64,000 nt of DNA from Candidatus Bathyarchaeota archaeon (GTDB lineage: Archaea; Thermoproteota; Bathyarchaeia; Hecatellales; Hecatellaceae). Where the stretch lies: NCBI GenBank assembly GCA_052246995.1, contig JBQPWD010000004.1, positions 96,001 to 160,000 of the forward strand, in the 5' to 3' direction. Below the pieces are notes generated by a model. That model ran no database searches. It had not been told where the DNA came from and worked only from the letters and a program-made list of their open reading frames with translations. This document shows positions 18,984 to 28,409 of this stretch, one piece after another; the stretch's first letter is position 1, and each line of letters starts with the position of its first letter. The position numbers and the translations under genes were made by a program.

Positions 18984-19178
18984 TTGAAAATCCATGTTTG
19001 ATTTTATGATAATTTTAGGGATATTGCTGGAAGGGATATTATCTGCTTGAAGATGGAAAAAACAATGAGTTAATAAGATACTATATATTTTAAGGTTAAA
19101 GATGACGATATTTTGATAGTTAAAGGGTTACATGTTATAGGTGGCGGCCAGAAGCCAACCTTTAACTTTAGCATTTAG
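18984..19178 (+). pseudogene. Decayed second MoaD/SAMP-like gene
   Basis: One frame reads LKIHV*FYDNFRDIAGRDIICLKMEKTMS**DTIYFKVKDDDILIVKGLHVIGGGQ..., which is MoaD-like at both ends with three in-frame stops and an internal deletion. Confidence 0.6.
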
Positions 19179-19191
19179 GTGTTTAACCAAG

Positions 19192-19932
19192 TTGGTAACG
19201 TTAACACAGGAGGAGCTTAAACGTTACGATAGACAAATAAGAATAGAAAATTTTGGCGTTAAAGCCCAAGAAAAGCTAAAGAAAGCTAGGGTTGTTGTTG
19301 CTGGTGTTGGAGGTTTAGGATGTACAGCTTCAACGTACCTTGTTGCGGCTGGAATTGGAGAAATAGTACTAGTTGATGGGGAAAAGGTTGAGTTTAGCAA
19401 CCTTAACAGGCAGATTTTACATTGGGAAAAGGATGTTGGAAAGTTTAAAGTTTACTCAGCTGCCAAAAAACTTAGAAAGATAAATCAAACTGTTAAGATT
19501 AGAGGGTTTGTTGGTGAAATAAACGATAAAAACGTTTACAAGCTTATTAAAAACGCGGATGTTGTTATTGACGGACTGGATAACTTCAAAACAAGATTTT
19601 TATTAAACAAGGCGTGCATAGAGCTAGATATACCTTTTGTTCATGCAGCTATTCACGGATTGATAGGGGAACTTATGACAATAATTCCAGGTAAAGGACC
19701 ATGTTACCAGTGTTACGTTGTTAAGGAGTTAGAAGAGGTAAAACCTACACCAGCTTTGGGTGCAACTGTAGGAGTTGTAGGTTGTTTGGAGGCTGTTGAA
19801 GCAATAAAGTTAATGACAGGAGTAGGGGAACCGTTAGCAGGTAGGCTTCTACTGTTTAATGGAGGTGCAATGGATTTTACAACCTTAGAAATTAAAAGGT
19901 TAAAAAATTGTCCAGCTTGTGGAAAACTGTAA
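19192..19932 (+). CDS. moeB: HesA/MoeB/ThiF family E1-like adenylyltransferase (UbaA/MoeB)
   Basis: RYDRQI, GVGGLG, SNLNRQ, DGLDNFKTR, PCYQC and CPAC Zn site. Confidence 0.92.
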   Translation: MVTLTQEELKRYDRQIRIENFGVKAQEKLKKARVVVAGVGGLGCTASTYLVAAGIGEIVLVDGEKVEFSNLNRQILHWEKDVGKFKVYSAAKKLRKINQTVKIRGFVGEINDKNVYKLIKNADVVIDGLDNFKTRFLLNKACIELDIPFVHAAIHGLIGELMTIIPGKGPCYQCYVVKELEEVKPTPALGATVGVVGCLEAVEAIKLMTGVGEPLAGRLLLFNGGAMDFTTLEIKRLKNCPACGKL

Positions 19933-19947
19933 GTTTTTAAATTTACT

Positions 19948-21123
19948 TTAAAAAAGTTTTTTCATTCTTTCACAAGCTTCTTTTATTTCCTCTTTTGGTC
20001 TTGTTAAGGAAAATCTTACATAGTTTTCTCCATATCTGCCAAAACCAATTCCAGGTGTTGCTACAACACCAGCCTCTAAAAGTTTTTTTGTAAACTCTAT
20101 TGAGCTTTGTTTAATATTTACCCAAACATAGAAAGTTGCTTTTGGTTTTTTGCATTTTATTCCTAAGCTTTCTAACCCCTTAACTAAGGTATCTCTCCTT
20201 TCTCTGTAAATTTTGTTTAACTCTTCTACATGTTTTGGCTGTTCACCATTTTCAGGATAGCTTTTTAAGGCTACTGCCGCAGCTTTTTGAATATACTTTG
20301 GTGGTCCTGAGTCTATTTGGGTTTTAACTTTAACTAAGCCTTCTATAAGCTTTCTACTTCCAACGGCAAATCCTATCCTATCCCCAGTCATACAAAATGT
20401 TTTTGAGCATGAGTGAAATTCCACTGCAACATCCATAGCCTCATCAACCTCAAGGATGCTTGGAGCTTTATAACCATCAAAGCTTATCTCGGAGTAGGCG
20501 TTATCATAACATATAATTGTGTTATTTTCCTTTGCAACCTCAACAATCTCTTTAAGAAACTTTTTATCAACAACAGCAGTCGTTGGATTGTTTGGGTAGT
20601 TTAAGAACATCATTCTTACATTTTTCTGGGAAGCTAAAAACTCAACATCAGGTTTAAACTCGTTTTCCTCGGTTAAAGGCATGAAAACAGGTACACCCTC
20701 GCTTAAAATTGTTCCACCATAAGCATAAACAGGGTATGCTGGATCAGGAACTAGCACTTTATCACCAGGGTTAACAAAAGCTCTTGTAATGTTTGCAATA
20801 CCCTCCTTGGAGCCAATTAAGGCTACAACCTCCTTTTCAGGGTTTAAATCTACTCTAAATCTTCGCTTATACCATTCTGTAACAGCTTCCTTAAATTCTA
20901 ATTCTCCTTGACTAAAAGAGTATCTATGGTTCTCCGGGTTTTCAACTTCCTTTTTTAATGTTTCCACCACAAATTGTGGAGGGGGAAGGTCTGGGTCACC
21001 TATACTAAGCGAGATAAGGTTTACACCCTGTCTCTTCTTTTCAAGAATTATTTTTTCAATTTCGGCAAAAAGGTATGGTGGAAGTTTTTTTATTCTTTCA
21101 GCAAAAAATATTTTTTCCTCCAA
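19948..21123 (-). CDS. dapL: LL-diaminopimelate aminotransferase
   Basis: LPPYLFAEI, IGDPD, GSKEG, YPNNPT, DNAYSE, SCSKTFCMTGDRIG; last gene of the dap operon. Confidence 0.85.
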   Translation of the reverse strand: MEEKIFFAERIKKLPPYLFAEIEKIILEKKRQGVNLISLSIGDPDLPPPQFVVETLKKEVENPENHRYSFSQGELEFKEAVTEWYKRRFRVDLNPEKEVVALIGSKEGIANITRAFVNPGDKVLVPDPAYPVYAYGGTILSEGVPVFMPLTEENEFKPDVEFLASQKNVRMMFLNYPNNPTTAVVDKKFLKEIVEVAKENNTIICYDNAYSEISFDGYKAPSILEVDEAMDVAVEFHSCSKTFCMTGDRIGFAVGSRKLIEGLVKVKTQIDSGPPKYIQKAAAVALKSYPENGEQPKHVEELNKIYRERRDTLVKGLESLGIKCKKPKATFYVWVNIKQSSIEFTKKLLEAGVVATPGIGFGRYGENYVRFSLTRPKEEIKEACERMKKLF

Positions 21124-21135
21124 GATTATCCGCCT

Positions 21136-21975
21136 CTAAAATAGTTTACCTTCAAACACTTTTTCAACAGAACCCTCAAGAAAAACTCTTCCAGAGTATT
21201 CAACATTTAAGTCTCCACCAACCAGGTGAACAACAACTTTTTTACCAACCTTTCCAAGCAGATTTCCAGCAACAACAATAGCACAAGCCCCCGTGCCACA
21301 TGCAAAAGTTTCACCACAACCTCTTTCCCAAACCCTAGCTTTTAATTCTTCAGCATTTAAAACTTTAACAAACTCAACATTAATTTTTTTAGGGAAAAGT
21401 TTATGATTTTCTATTAACGGCCCAAACTTTTCAACTGGAAAATTTTCTACTTCATCCAAGAAAATAACACAATGTGGGTTACCGAGAGAAAGACATGTTA
21501 TGCTAAATTTTTTATCTTCAACTTTTAACTCTTCGTTTACACATAAACCGTCTCCAACCATAGGAATGTATCTTTTTTCAAAAATTGGATAGCCAACATC
21601 AACTTTTACAGATTTAACTTCAGTACCACTTAATTTTAACCAAACTTTTTTAACTCCAGCTAAGGTTTCAACATCAAACTCCTCTTTTAACACAATATTG
21701 TTTTCATAACAATACTTTGCTAGACATCTAATCCCGTTACCACACATTTCAGCCTCACTACCATCAGAATTAAAAATCCTCATTTTAACATCAGCCATAG
21801 ATGAATTTTCAACAAAGATTAATCCGTCAGCTCCAACAGAAAATCTTCTTTTACAAAGCTTAGAAGCTAAACTGGGTTTTTCACTTTCACTAACAATGCC
21901 TTCCCTGTTATCTACAACTATATAGTCGTTTCCAAGTGCGTGCATTTTCCAAAATTTTAAACCAGCTAAAACCAA
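21136..21975 (-). CDS. dapF: Diaminopimelate epimerase
   Basis: KMHALGND, AEMCGNGIRC, GNPHC, WERGCGETFACGTG. Confidence 0.96.
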   Translation of the reverse strand: MVLAGLKFWKMHALGNDYIVVDNREGIVSESEKPSLASKLCKRRFSVGADGLIFVENSSMADVKMRIFNSDGSEAEMCGNGIRCLAKYCYENNIVLKEEFDVETLAGVKKVWLKLSGTEVKSVKVDVGYPIFEKRYIPMVGDGLCVNEELKVEDKKFSITCLSLGNPHCVIFLDEVENFPVEKFGPLIENHKLFPKKINVEFVKVLNAEELKARVWERGCGETFACGTGACAIVVAGNLLGKVGKKVVVHLVGGDLNVEYSGRVFLEGSVEKVFEGKLF

Positions 21976-22008
21976 AAATATAGGCCTCCTAAGAAGTTGA
22001 GGCTTCTT

Positions 22009-23292
22009 TTAAGTTAACCAGCTGGCAATTTTCTGCCCTAAAAGTAGGTTTTCAAGGTTTTCAGCCTCCCTAATCAGCTCATGTTTCCCATTCATAACTA
22101 AAACTTCAGCTCCCCGTGGTCTTGAGTTATACTGAGAACTCATAACATATCCATAAGCACCAGCATCCATAACTGCTAAAAGGTCACCCTCCTCAACTTC
22201 AGGTAGCTTTCTATTTTTTCCAAGAAAATCTCCAGATTCACATAGTGGACCAACAACATCATAAACTTCTTTAGCTTTATGGTTTAACTTGTTAGCTACA
22301 ACTATATGATGGTAAGAGTTGTACATTACAGGTCTTATAAGCATGTTAAAACCAGCGTCAACCCCAACAAACTTTTTGTAGGGGTTAGATTTTATAGTGT
22401 TTACCCTTGTAAGAAGAACACCGGCATCACCTACAATATACCTTCCAGGTTCAATGCATAAAACAGGTTTACCTAAGTCATGCTCTTTAACCATCCTATC
22501 TAGGAAGCCAAAAACCTTATCTGAGAAAAGCTTTAAATCCAACTTTTTCTCCCCGGGTTTGTAGGGTATTCCAAGTCCACCACCAATATCTATAAGGTCA
22601 AAGGTTACTCCAACTTTTCTACGAACCTTTTTAGCTATTGTTAAAAGTTTTTTTACAGCTAAAACAAAAGGTTCAACATTCAAAATGCCAGAACCGATAT
22701 GCATATGTATACCAAACTTTTTTACACCGGCTTTTAAAGCTATGCTGTAACCGTCAACAACCTCATTTTCCCAGAAACCAAACTTTGAATTTCTTCCGGC
22801 TGTTATACAATGTTGATGATGTCCAGCTTTAACTTGAGGGTTAACCCTAAAGGAAAGAAATTCTGGAGTTGTGATTTTTAGAAGCCTTTTAAGCTGAGAT
22901 GGAGAGTCAACGTTTATGGATACATTTAGCTTTACAAGAAAGTTAATCTCCTCATCCTTAACATTTGTTCCTGTGAAAAGAATTTTTTCAGGAGGGAAGC
23001 CTGCTTTTAAGGCTAGAAAAACTTCACCAGGGCTTACTGTGTCAACGTAGGCACCTTCATCTTTAAGAATTTTTAGGACTGATAAGTTTGTGTTTGCTTT
23101 TGCAGAGTAGTATATTCTAAAGTTTTTACTGTTAAGGCTTAAAGCTTTGTAAAGCTGTTTATAGTTTTCCCTGACTTTCTTCTCGCTTAAAACGTATAAT
23201 GGAGTTCCATATTTTTCAGCTAACTCTAAACTTGAAACTCCATCAATGTATAAAATACCATTCCTATTTTCAAACACTCCGGCAAGCTCCAT
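22009..23292 (-). CDS. lysA: Diaminopimelate decarboxylase
   Basis: YSAKAN, SKFG, HIGSG, DIGGG, EPGR, GPLCESGD, GAYG. Confidence 0.96.
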   Translation of the reverse strand: MELAGVFENRNGILYIDGVSSLELAEKYGTPLYVLSEKKVRENYKQLYKALSLNSKNFRIYYSAKANTNLSVLKILKDEGAYVDTVSPGEVFLALKAGFPPEKILFTGTNVKDEEINFLVKLNVSINVDSPSQLKRLLKITTPEFLSFRVNPQVKAGHHQHCITAGRNSKFGFWENEVVDGYSIALKAGVKKFGIHMHIGSGILNVEPFVLAVKKLLTIAKKVRRKVGVTFDLIDIGGGLGIPYKPGEKKLDLKLFSDKVFGFLDRMVKEHDLGKPVLCIEPGRYIVGDAGVLLTRVNTIKSNPYKKFVGVDAGFNMLIRPVMYNSYHHIVVANKLNHKAKEVYDVVGPLCESGDFLGKNRKLPEVEEGDLLAVMDAGAYGYVMSSQYNSRPRGAEVLVMNGKHELIREAENLENLLLGQKIASWLT

Positions 23293-23314
23293 TCAACCAC
23301 CAATAAGTTATAGG

Positions 23315-24124
23315 TTAAAGAGGATTTTCAAGCACATCTTCCATGGTGTATATTTTAGGCTCACTCTGCCTGTATAACCATTCCGCGGCGTAAAGTGCTC
23401 CTTGAGCAAAAACGCTTCTTGAAAAAGCTAGATGCTCAATTTTTATCATTTCATAGGGACCTGCAACAATTAACTCATGAATTCCTGGGATACCTCCACC
23501 CCTAACCGAGAAAACCTCAATTTCCTCTGGTTTTCTTTTGCTAAACCCTGTTCTACCATAAACTTTTTCCTTATACCCTCTGATGGAGGAAACAATGCTT
23601 AAAATTTTTTCAGCAGTCCCGCTTGGAGCGTCTACCTTACCCTTATGGTGAGCTTCAACAACACTTACATCATATTCTGCTGGAAGAATTTTGCATAGTT
23701 GACTTATAACCTTAAAAAGAATGTTTACACCTAAAGAAAAGTTTGGGGAAAATATTGCTGGAACTTTTCCTTTAACAGCCTCTTCAACAATTTTTCTTTG
23801 TTCATCGTTTAAACCTGTTGTTCCCACAACAATTTTTACCCCATGTTCAGCAACTACAGGAATGTTTGAAACTTCAGCTTGGGGTGTGGTAAAGCTAATG
23901 TATACTTCAGCGTCTTTTAAAGCATCTTTTAGCCTATCGGCACCAACAACCTTTAAATCTAAGTTTGCAATTCCAAGCTCAAAAAGAGATTTACCTATTG
24001 TTTCCTCACCAGGTGCAGCAACCGCACCAACAATTTTAAAGCCTCCTCTAATTAAAGCCTCCTTTATCAGAGTGCTACCCATTCTTCCAGTAGCGCCGAC
24101 AACACAAATCTTAATATTCCTCAT
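23315..24124 (-). CDS. dapB: 4-hydroxy-tetrahydrodipicolinate reductase
   Basis: GATGRMG, VGTTG, EAHHKGKVDAPSGTA, HLAFSRSVFAQGA; ATG 24124 overlaps the dapA end. Confidence 0.95.
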   Translation of the reverse strand: MRNIKICVVGATGRMGSTLIKEALIRGGFKIVGAVAAPGEETIGKSLFELGIANLDLKVVGADRLKDALKDAEVYISFTTPQAEVSNIPVVAEHGVKIVVGTTGLNDEQRKIVEEAVKGKVPAIFSPNFSLGVNILFKVISQLCKILPAEYDVSVVEAHHKGKVDAPSGTAEKILSIVSSIRGYKEKVYGRTGFSKRKPEEIEVFSVRGGGIPGIHELIVAGPYEMIKIEHLAFSRSVFAQGALYAAEWLYRQSEPKIYTMEDVLENPL

Positions 24125-25148
24125 AGTATAAGCCCTCAAGATACCTTTTAGCGTTTAACCTTTCTTCAAGTTTAACATCAAAAAAAGATTCTATAGGCTG
24201 AAGAATTTCCGGGTTTTCGTTGTATACTTTTTTTACCTGAGTTAAAACAATGTTTAAGGCTTTTTTAGTAAGTTTACCCAGTGGAGGTCTACATGGTCCC
24301 GCTGGCATTCCAAGAATGTTCATTAAAGTTTTATAGGGTAAAGGATTCCTAGCTCTACATGAAACAACTCCAAAACTAGTTTCCTCGTCTGTTTTAACAG
24401 TAACAATTTGAAATAGGGGGTTGAGTGCTTTTAAAAGCTTGTTAGCTTTTTCAAGATTTTTGTTTCTTAACGATTCAACAAGCTCTTGAATAGCTTTAGG
24501 AACTATGTTTGAAGCTACGGAAATAACTCCACTAGCATTAATTTCAGGGTCAAGAATCATCTGGTAGGTTTTGTCATCATCACCGGAAAGAATGTCAAAA
24601 TCAGGTCCACAAAGTTTTCTTGTAAGCTTCATGTTTTCAAAGTTTCCAGTAGCCTCCTTAACAGCATTAACATTTGGAAGTTTTTTATGTAAAATTGCAA
24701 GGTCTTGTGGTAAAAGTTGAGTACCTGTCCTTCCAGGAATAACGTAGGGGATTATTTGGGCTTCAGGAAAACTTTTTGCTATAGGTTCAATGTATTCTCT
24801 TCTTATTTCAAGAGAGCTTGGACCGTTATAGTATGGGTCTACAAGTAGAAAGTTTTTTACACCAAAATCTAATGAATGTCTTGTAGCCTCCAGTGCTTCT
24901 TGAGTACTATTACTTCCAGTTCCGGCTATAGTTACACATCTTCCACCAGCATACTCAAAAGCTTTTTCAATAACTTTTTCATGTTCAGCCCATGTTAATG
25001 TTGGACTTTCACCCGTTGTTCCCACAATCACAATACCTGAAACTCTCTCTTCAACTTGAAACTCGACAAGGCTTTTTAGTCCTTCAAAATCTACTTCCAT
25101 GTTTTTCTTCATGGGGGTTATTATCGCAGTATAGCATCCACTAAACAA
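24111..25148 (-). CDS. dapA: 4-hydroxy-tetrahydrodipicolinate synthase
   Basis: GTTGESPTL, GTGSNST, PYYN, YVIPGRTG, VKEATG, SGDD. Confidence 0.95.
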   Translation of the reverse strand: MFSGCYTAIITPMKKNMEVDFEGLKSLVEFQVEERVSGIVIVGTTGESPTLTWAEHEKVIEKAFEYAGGRCVTIAGTGSNSTQEALEATRHSLDFGVKNFLLVDPYYNGPSSLEIRREYIEPIAKSFPEAQIIPYVIPGRTGTQLLPQDLAILHKKLPNVNAVKEATGNFENMKLTRKLCGPDFDILSGDDDKTYQMILDPEINASGVISVASNIVPKAIQELVESLRNKNLEKANKLLKALNPLFQIVTVKTDEETSFGVVSCRARNPLPYKTLMNILGMPAGPCRPPLGKLTKKALNIVLTQVKKVYNENPEILQPIESFFDVKLEERLNAKRYLEGLYYEEY

Positions 25149-25260
25149 ATTAAATCACTTCGTAATTTAACCAAACTAACACATTCATATTGGCTTCTCA
25201 AATTTATATCTTTATCGAACTGGATCTAATGAGTTAAAAGGCGAGTTTAAATCCTATAAC

Positions 25261-25356
25261 TGGTGCCGGGGGAGGGTTTTGAACCCTCGGCCTCTGGATT
25301 ATGAGTCCAGCGCTTTAGCCTGTTTTAGCCCATCTAACCAGCTGAGCTACCCCGGC
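25261..25356 (-). tRNA. Elongator tRNA-Met(CAT) with a 19-nt non-canonical D-arm intron (about 25315-25333)
   Basis: GCCGGGG/CCCCGGC acceptor plus ACCA and CTGGA-CT CAT AA-TCCAG arm. Removing ATGGGCTAAAACAGGCTAA restores the GCTC/GAGC D-stem and a 77-nt tRNA. Confidence 0.9.
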
Positions 25357-25432
25357 TTTTTGGTAGTTAATTATTTAAATAGGGTTGTATTGATTTAAAG
25401 TTTAATTTTGATTTTGCTGTGGAAGAGGCGCG

Positions 25433-26677
25433 ATGGCAAATAACGAGTTTATGTACTTGGATGATGTTGATGTTAAAGGTTTAAGTGTTTTTGTTAGAGT
25501 TGACTTTAATTCTCCAATAAATCCGTCAACAGGCGAAATTCTTGATGATTTAAGAATTAAGGCTACAATACCTACGCTTGAGGCTTTAAAAGAGGCTAAG
25601 GTTGTTGTTGGATCTCATCAGGGTAGACCTTTACAGGATGATTTTACAACGTTGGAAGGACATGCTGAAATTTTGGATAAGTATCTTAAAGATGTTTATG
25701 TAAAGTTTGTTGATGATGTTATTGGACCTAAAGCTTTAGAGGAAATTAAAAAGCTTAAGGCTGGGGAGGTTCTTGTTCTTGACAATTTAAGATTGTGTGC
25801 TGAGGAAAATATTGAAGCTTCTGCTCAAAAACTTGTTAATACAATTTTTGTTAAAAGGCTTAAACCACTGTTTAACCTTTATGTTAATGATGCGTTCTCG
25901 GTTTCTCATCGTTCCCAGGCATCAATTGTGGGTTTGCCTTTAGTTTTACCTGGTGTTGCGGGAAAGGTGTTAAAGGAGGAAATTAAAGCTTCAGAGTTTA
26001 TTTTAAACAACAAGAAAAAACCTCACATCTATGTTTTAGGTGGATCTAAAGTTGAAGATAAATTTGGGATTATAGAATATGGGTTAAAACACGGGAAAGG
26101 GGACCTTTTCCTGCTTGGTGGAGTTTTAGCTGAAGTGTTTCTTAAAGCTAAAGGATATAGTTTAGGTGTAGAAAACGAGAAAAAGCTTGAAAAATTTGGC
26201 TCCTATGTAGAGAAGGCTAAAGAGTGTCTTGAAAAGTATGGTGAAAAAATTGTTTTACCGTTAGATTTAGCTTTAAAGGTAGGTGGTAAAAGAGTAGAAA
26301 AGGATGTTAAAAACCTTCCAGGTTCAGGTGTGATAATGGATTTAGGTTCTGAAACAATTAAAAATTACAGCAACATTCTTAAAGATGCAGAAATTATAGT
26401 GGCTACAGGACCTCTTGGAGTTTTTGAGGAAAAAGGTTTTGAAGAGGGGACAAAAAGGATGCTTGAAGCTATGGTGAAAAGCAAGGCTTACACGGTAATT
26501 GGCGGTGGACATCTTGGAGGGCTAGCAGAAATGCTTGGGTTAAAAGATAAAATAAGACATATAAGCACGGCTGGAGGAGCAATGTTAGCATACATTCAAG
26601 GAAAATCCTTACCAGGAATAGAATCATTAAAAGAATCGGCAAAAAGATTTAAGGAAGTCGTTAAACATAAAAAATAA
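25433..26677 (+). CDS. pgk: Phosphoglycerate kinase
   Basis: VRVDFNSP, SHQGRP, DNLR, VNDAFSVSHR, GGSKVEDK, GGGH, STAGGA. Confidence 0.97.
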   Translation: MANNEFMYLDDVDVKGLSVFVRVDFNSPINPSTGEILDDLRIKATIPTLEALKEAKVVVGSHQGRPLQDDFTTLEGHAEILDKYLKDVYVKFVDDVIGPKALEEIKKLKAGEVLVLDNLRLCAEENIEASAQKLVNTIFVKRLKPLFNLYVNDAFSVSHRSQASIVGLPLVLPGVAGKVLKEEIKASEFILNNKKKPHIYVLGGSKVEDKFGIIEYGLKHGKGDLFLLGGVLAEVFLKAKGYSLGVENEKKLEKFGSYVEKAKECLEKYGEKIVLPLDLALKVGGKRVEKDVKNLPGSGVIMDLGSETIKNYSNILKDAEIIVATGPLGVFEEKGFEEGTKRMLEAMVKSKAYTVIGGGHLGGLAEMLGLKDKIRHISTAGGAMLAYIQGKSLPGIESLKESAKRFKEVVKHKK

Positions 26678-26714
26678 GAATACGGCTAAAATTTTAGGCA
26701 ACTACGGGAAGAGA

Positions 26715-26792
26715 GCCCCGGTAGCTAAGCCAGGTTATAGCGGTGGCCTTGTAAGCCACCGGTCGTGGGTTCAAATCCCACCCGGGGCTCCA
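26715..26792 (+). tRNA. tRNA-Thr(TGT), CCA encoded
   Basis: GCCCCGG/CCGGGGC acceptor, GCTA/TAGC D-stem, GTGGC-CT TGT AA-GCCAC, T arm GTGGG-TTCAAAT-CCCAC, ending TCCA. Confidence 0.96.
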
Positions 26793-26860
26793 TACTTTAC
26801 TTAATCTCCAAAAATCTGAGCGGTTAAATCTCATTTTTTAATAAGTTTTGCAAATTTGTT

Positions 26861-26890
26861 TACCGAAAAACTTAAGATGGTTTGTCGGTA
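26861..26890. promoter_or_regulatory. Inverted repeat over the vapBC promoter (probable autoregulatory operator)
   Basis: TACCGAAAAAC-ttaagatg-GTTTGTCGGTA, 11-bp arms with one mismatch, about 20 nt before the antitoxin ATG. Confidence 0.55.
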
Positions 26891-26909
26891 CATACTTATA
26901 GGTGTCTTT

Positions 26910-27194
26910 ATGACTAGAAAGAAAAGCAGCATCTACGTTGACGTTGAACTTTGGCGTAGGCTTAAAAAGCGTGCTATGGAGGATGGGGTAGAGTTAAGCA
27001 CCCTACTTGAGGAGGTTATTCGTGAGGAGTTTATGGACCATGTGGATAAAGCCTTAGAGGAGTTAGCAGGCTCTGAATTTTATGGGTTAGAATTTAAGCC
27101 TATCAAGCCTAAGCAGGGTGTTGTAAGCGAGATTGTTAGGATGATGAGGGATGAACGGGCAAACAACGTATCTAGACACCAGTGTAATAGTTAA
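26910..27194 (+). CDS. Ribbon-helix-helix antitoxin (VapB-like)
   Basis: KKSSIYVDVELWRRLKKRAMEDGVELSTLLEEVI RHH; C-terminal SEIVRMMRDER; overlaps the PIN gene. Confidence 0.82.
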   Translation: MTRKKSSIYVDVELWRRLKKRAMEDGVELSTLLEEVIREEFMDHVDKALEELAGSEFYGLEFKPIKPKQGVVSEIVRMMRDERANNVSRHQCNS

Positions 27195-27606
27195 AAGGTA
27201 TGTTGAGGAAGCTGGTACTGATAAGGTTAGAGAGCTGTATGTTAAGGTGTATGCTGGTGATGTAAAGCTTGCTTTTAGCGTATGGAACGTCGGTGAGGTT
27301 TTAGGGGTGCTAGATAGAGCCAGACAACTAGACAGAATAAGCGAGAAGGACTACGTAAAGGCTAGGAAAGCTTTTCTTTCAGAAACAAGAAGGCTTACAC
27401 GGCTTGGGTTGTTAATACTGATTCCAGTCAAGTCCATTATCCTTATACATTCTTGGAGAATATTGGAGAAACGCCACATCTACCAAGCTGATGCACTACA
27501 AATAGCCTCAGCTAAACATGCTCATGCAACCCAATTTCTGGCAGCAGACAAAAAACTCCACGAAGTAGCCTCTAGTGAAGGCCTAAACAGCATCTGCCTA
27601 GGATAA
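27151..27606 (+). CDS. vapC: PIN-domain toxin VapC
   Basis: YLDTSVIVKRY, GEV, YQADALQIASA, FLAADKKL. Confidence 0.9.
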   Translation: MNGQTTYLDTSVIVKRYVEEAGTDKVRELYVKVYAGDVKLAFSVWNVGEVLGVLDRARQLDRISEKDYVKARKAFLSETRRLTRLGLLILIPVKSIILIHSWRILEKRHIYQADALQIASAKHAHATQFLAADKKLHEVASSEGLNSICLG

Positions 27607-27720
27607 CTTCCAACCTTAACCTCATCCCCTTCAACTTTAAAGTTTTAAAGGATTTTTATAACATTTAACAACAAATTTTTTATACATGGTTTTATCTAAA
27701 AAGGTTAGCTGGGTGGATTT

Positions 27721-28401
27721 ATGTCTAATCAGCAGGAGCTTGTTGCTGGGCTTAAAGGGTTACGTAGAGGTGCCTTACTTGAGCTTGTGGCAACAATACT
27801 TGTACTTGTTGGTGTGGCTACAACCTTTATTAGCCTAATATTTATGATTCCAACACTGCCCATTACCCCGTCAATAACTAGGATAATAGAAATAGTGGGA
27901 ATGGTGATTGTAGGGCTAATACCAATAATTGTTGGGGGAGTGGTTAGTTTAACTGCGATAATAGTATGGTTTACAGCTACAGGACATCTTAAACGTTACA
28001 ATCCAAGATGGGGGATTGGAAGAATAGGAATGTTTTTCCAGCTTATTCCAGTATTAGCAGTTGTTGTAGCAGTTGTGTTAATGTCTATTTTAATAGTAGT
28101 CAGTAGGCAAGCTTTTCCTGTAATTTTTGGTGTTGGTATAGGGATTCTAGCTATCATGGTTATTTTTGGCATTCTTGGTGTGGTGGGGGTGATACTTTTT
28201 ACCATCATGCTGATAAGGCTTCCGGAGGATGGTAAGGTAAACCCTGGGTTTAAAACTGCAGGTATAATCTACCTTGCAGCAACAATACTGTCTCTAATAC
28301 CCTATGTCAGCTTTATAGGTTTAATATTGGCAATAGTTGCAGTTATTCTCGTCTATACTACAGCAGGGGAAAACTTAAAAACAATTCAACCAGCAACCTA
28401 A
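27721..28401 (+). CDS. DUF973-like integral membrane protein
   Basis: GLKGLRRGAL start, about six TM helices, FKTAGIIYL..IPYVSFIGLIL. Confidence 0.7.
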   Translation: MSNQQELVAGLKGLRRGALLELVATILVLVGVATTFISLIFMIPTLPITPSITRIIEIVGMVIVGLIPIIVGGVVSLTAIIVWFTATGHLKRYNPRWGIGRIGMFFQLIPVLAVVVAVVLMSILIVVSRQAFPVIFGVGIGILAIMVIFGILGVVGVILFTIMLIRLPEDGKVNPGFKTAGIIYLAATILSLIPYVSFIGLILAIVAVILVYTTAGENLKTIQPAT

Positions 28402-28409
28402 ACTAGTTT

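Noticed and set aside
18999-19001. In-frame TGA in the MoaD-like remnant as selenocysteine
   Set aside because: It aligns to Arg, is followed by TAA TAA stops, and no SECIS-like hairpin was seen.
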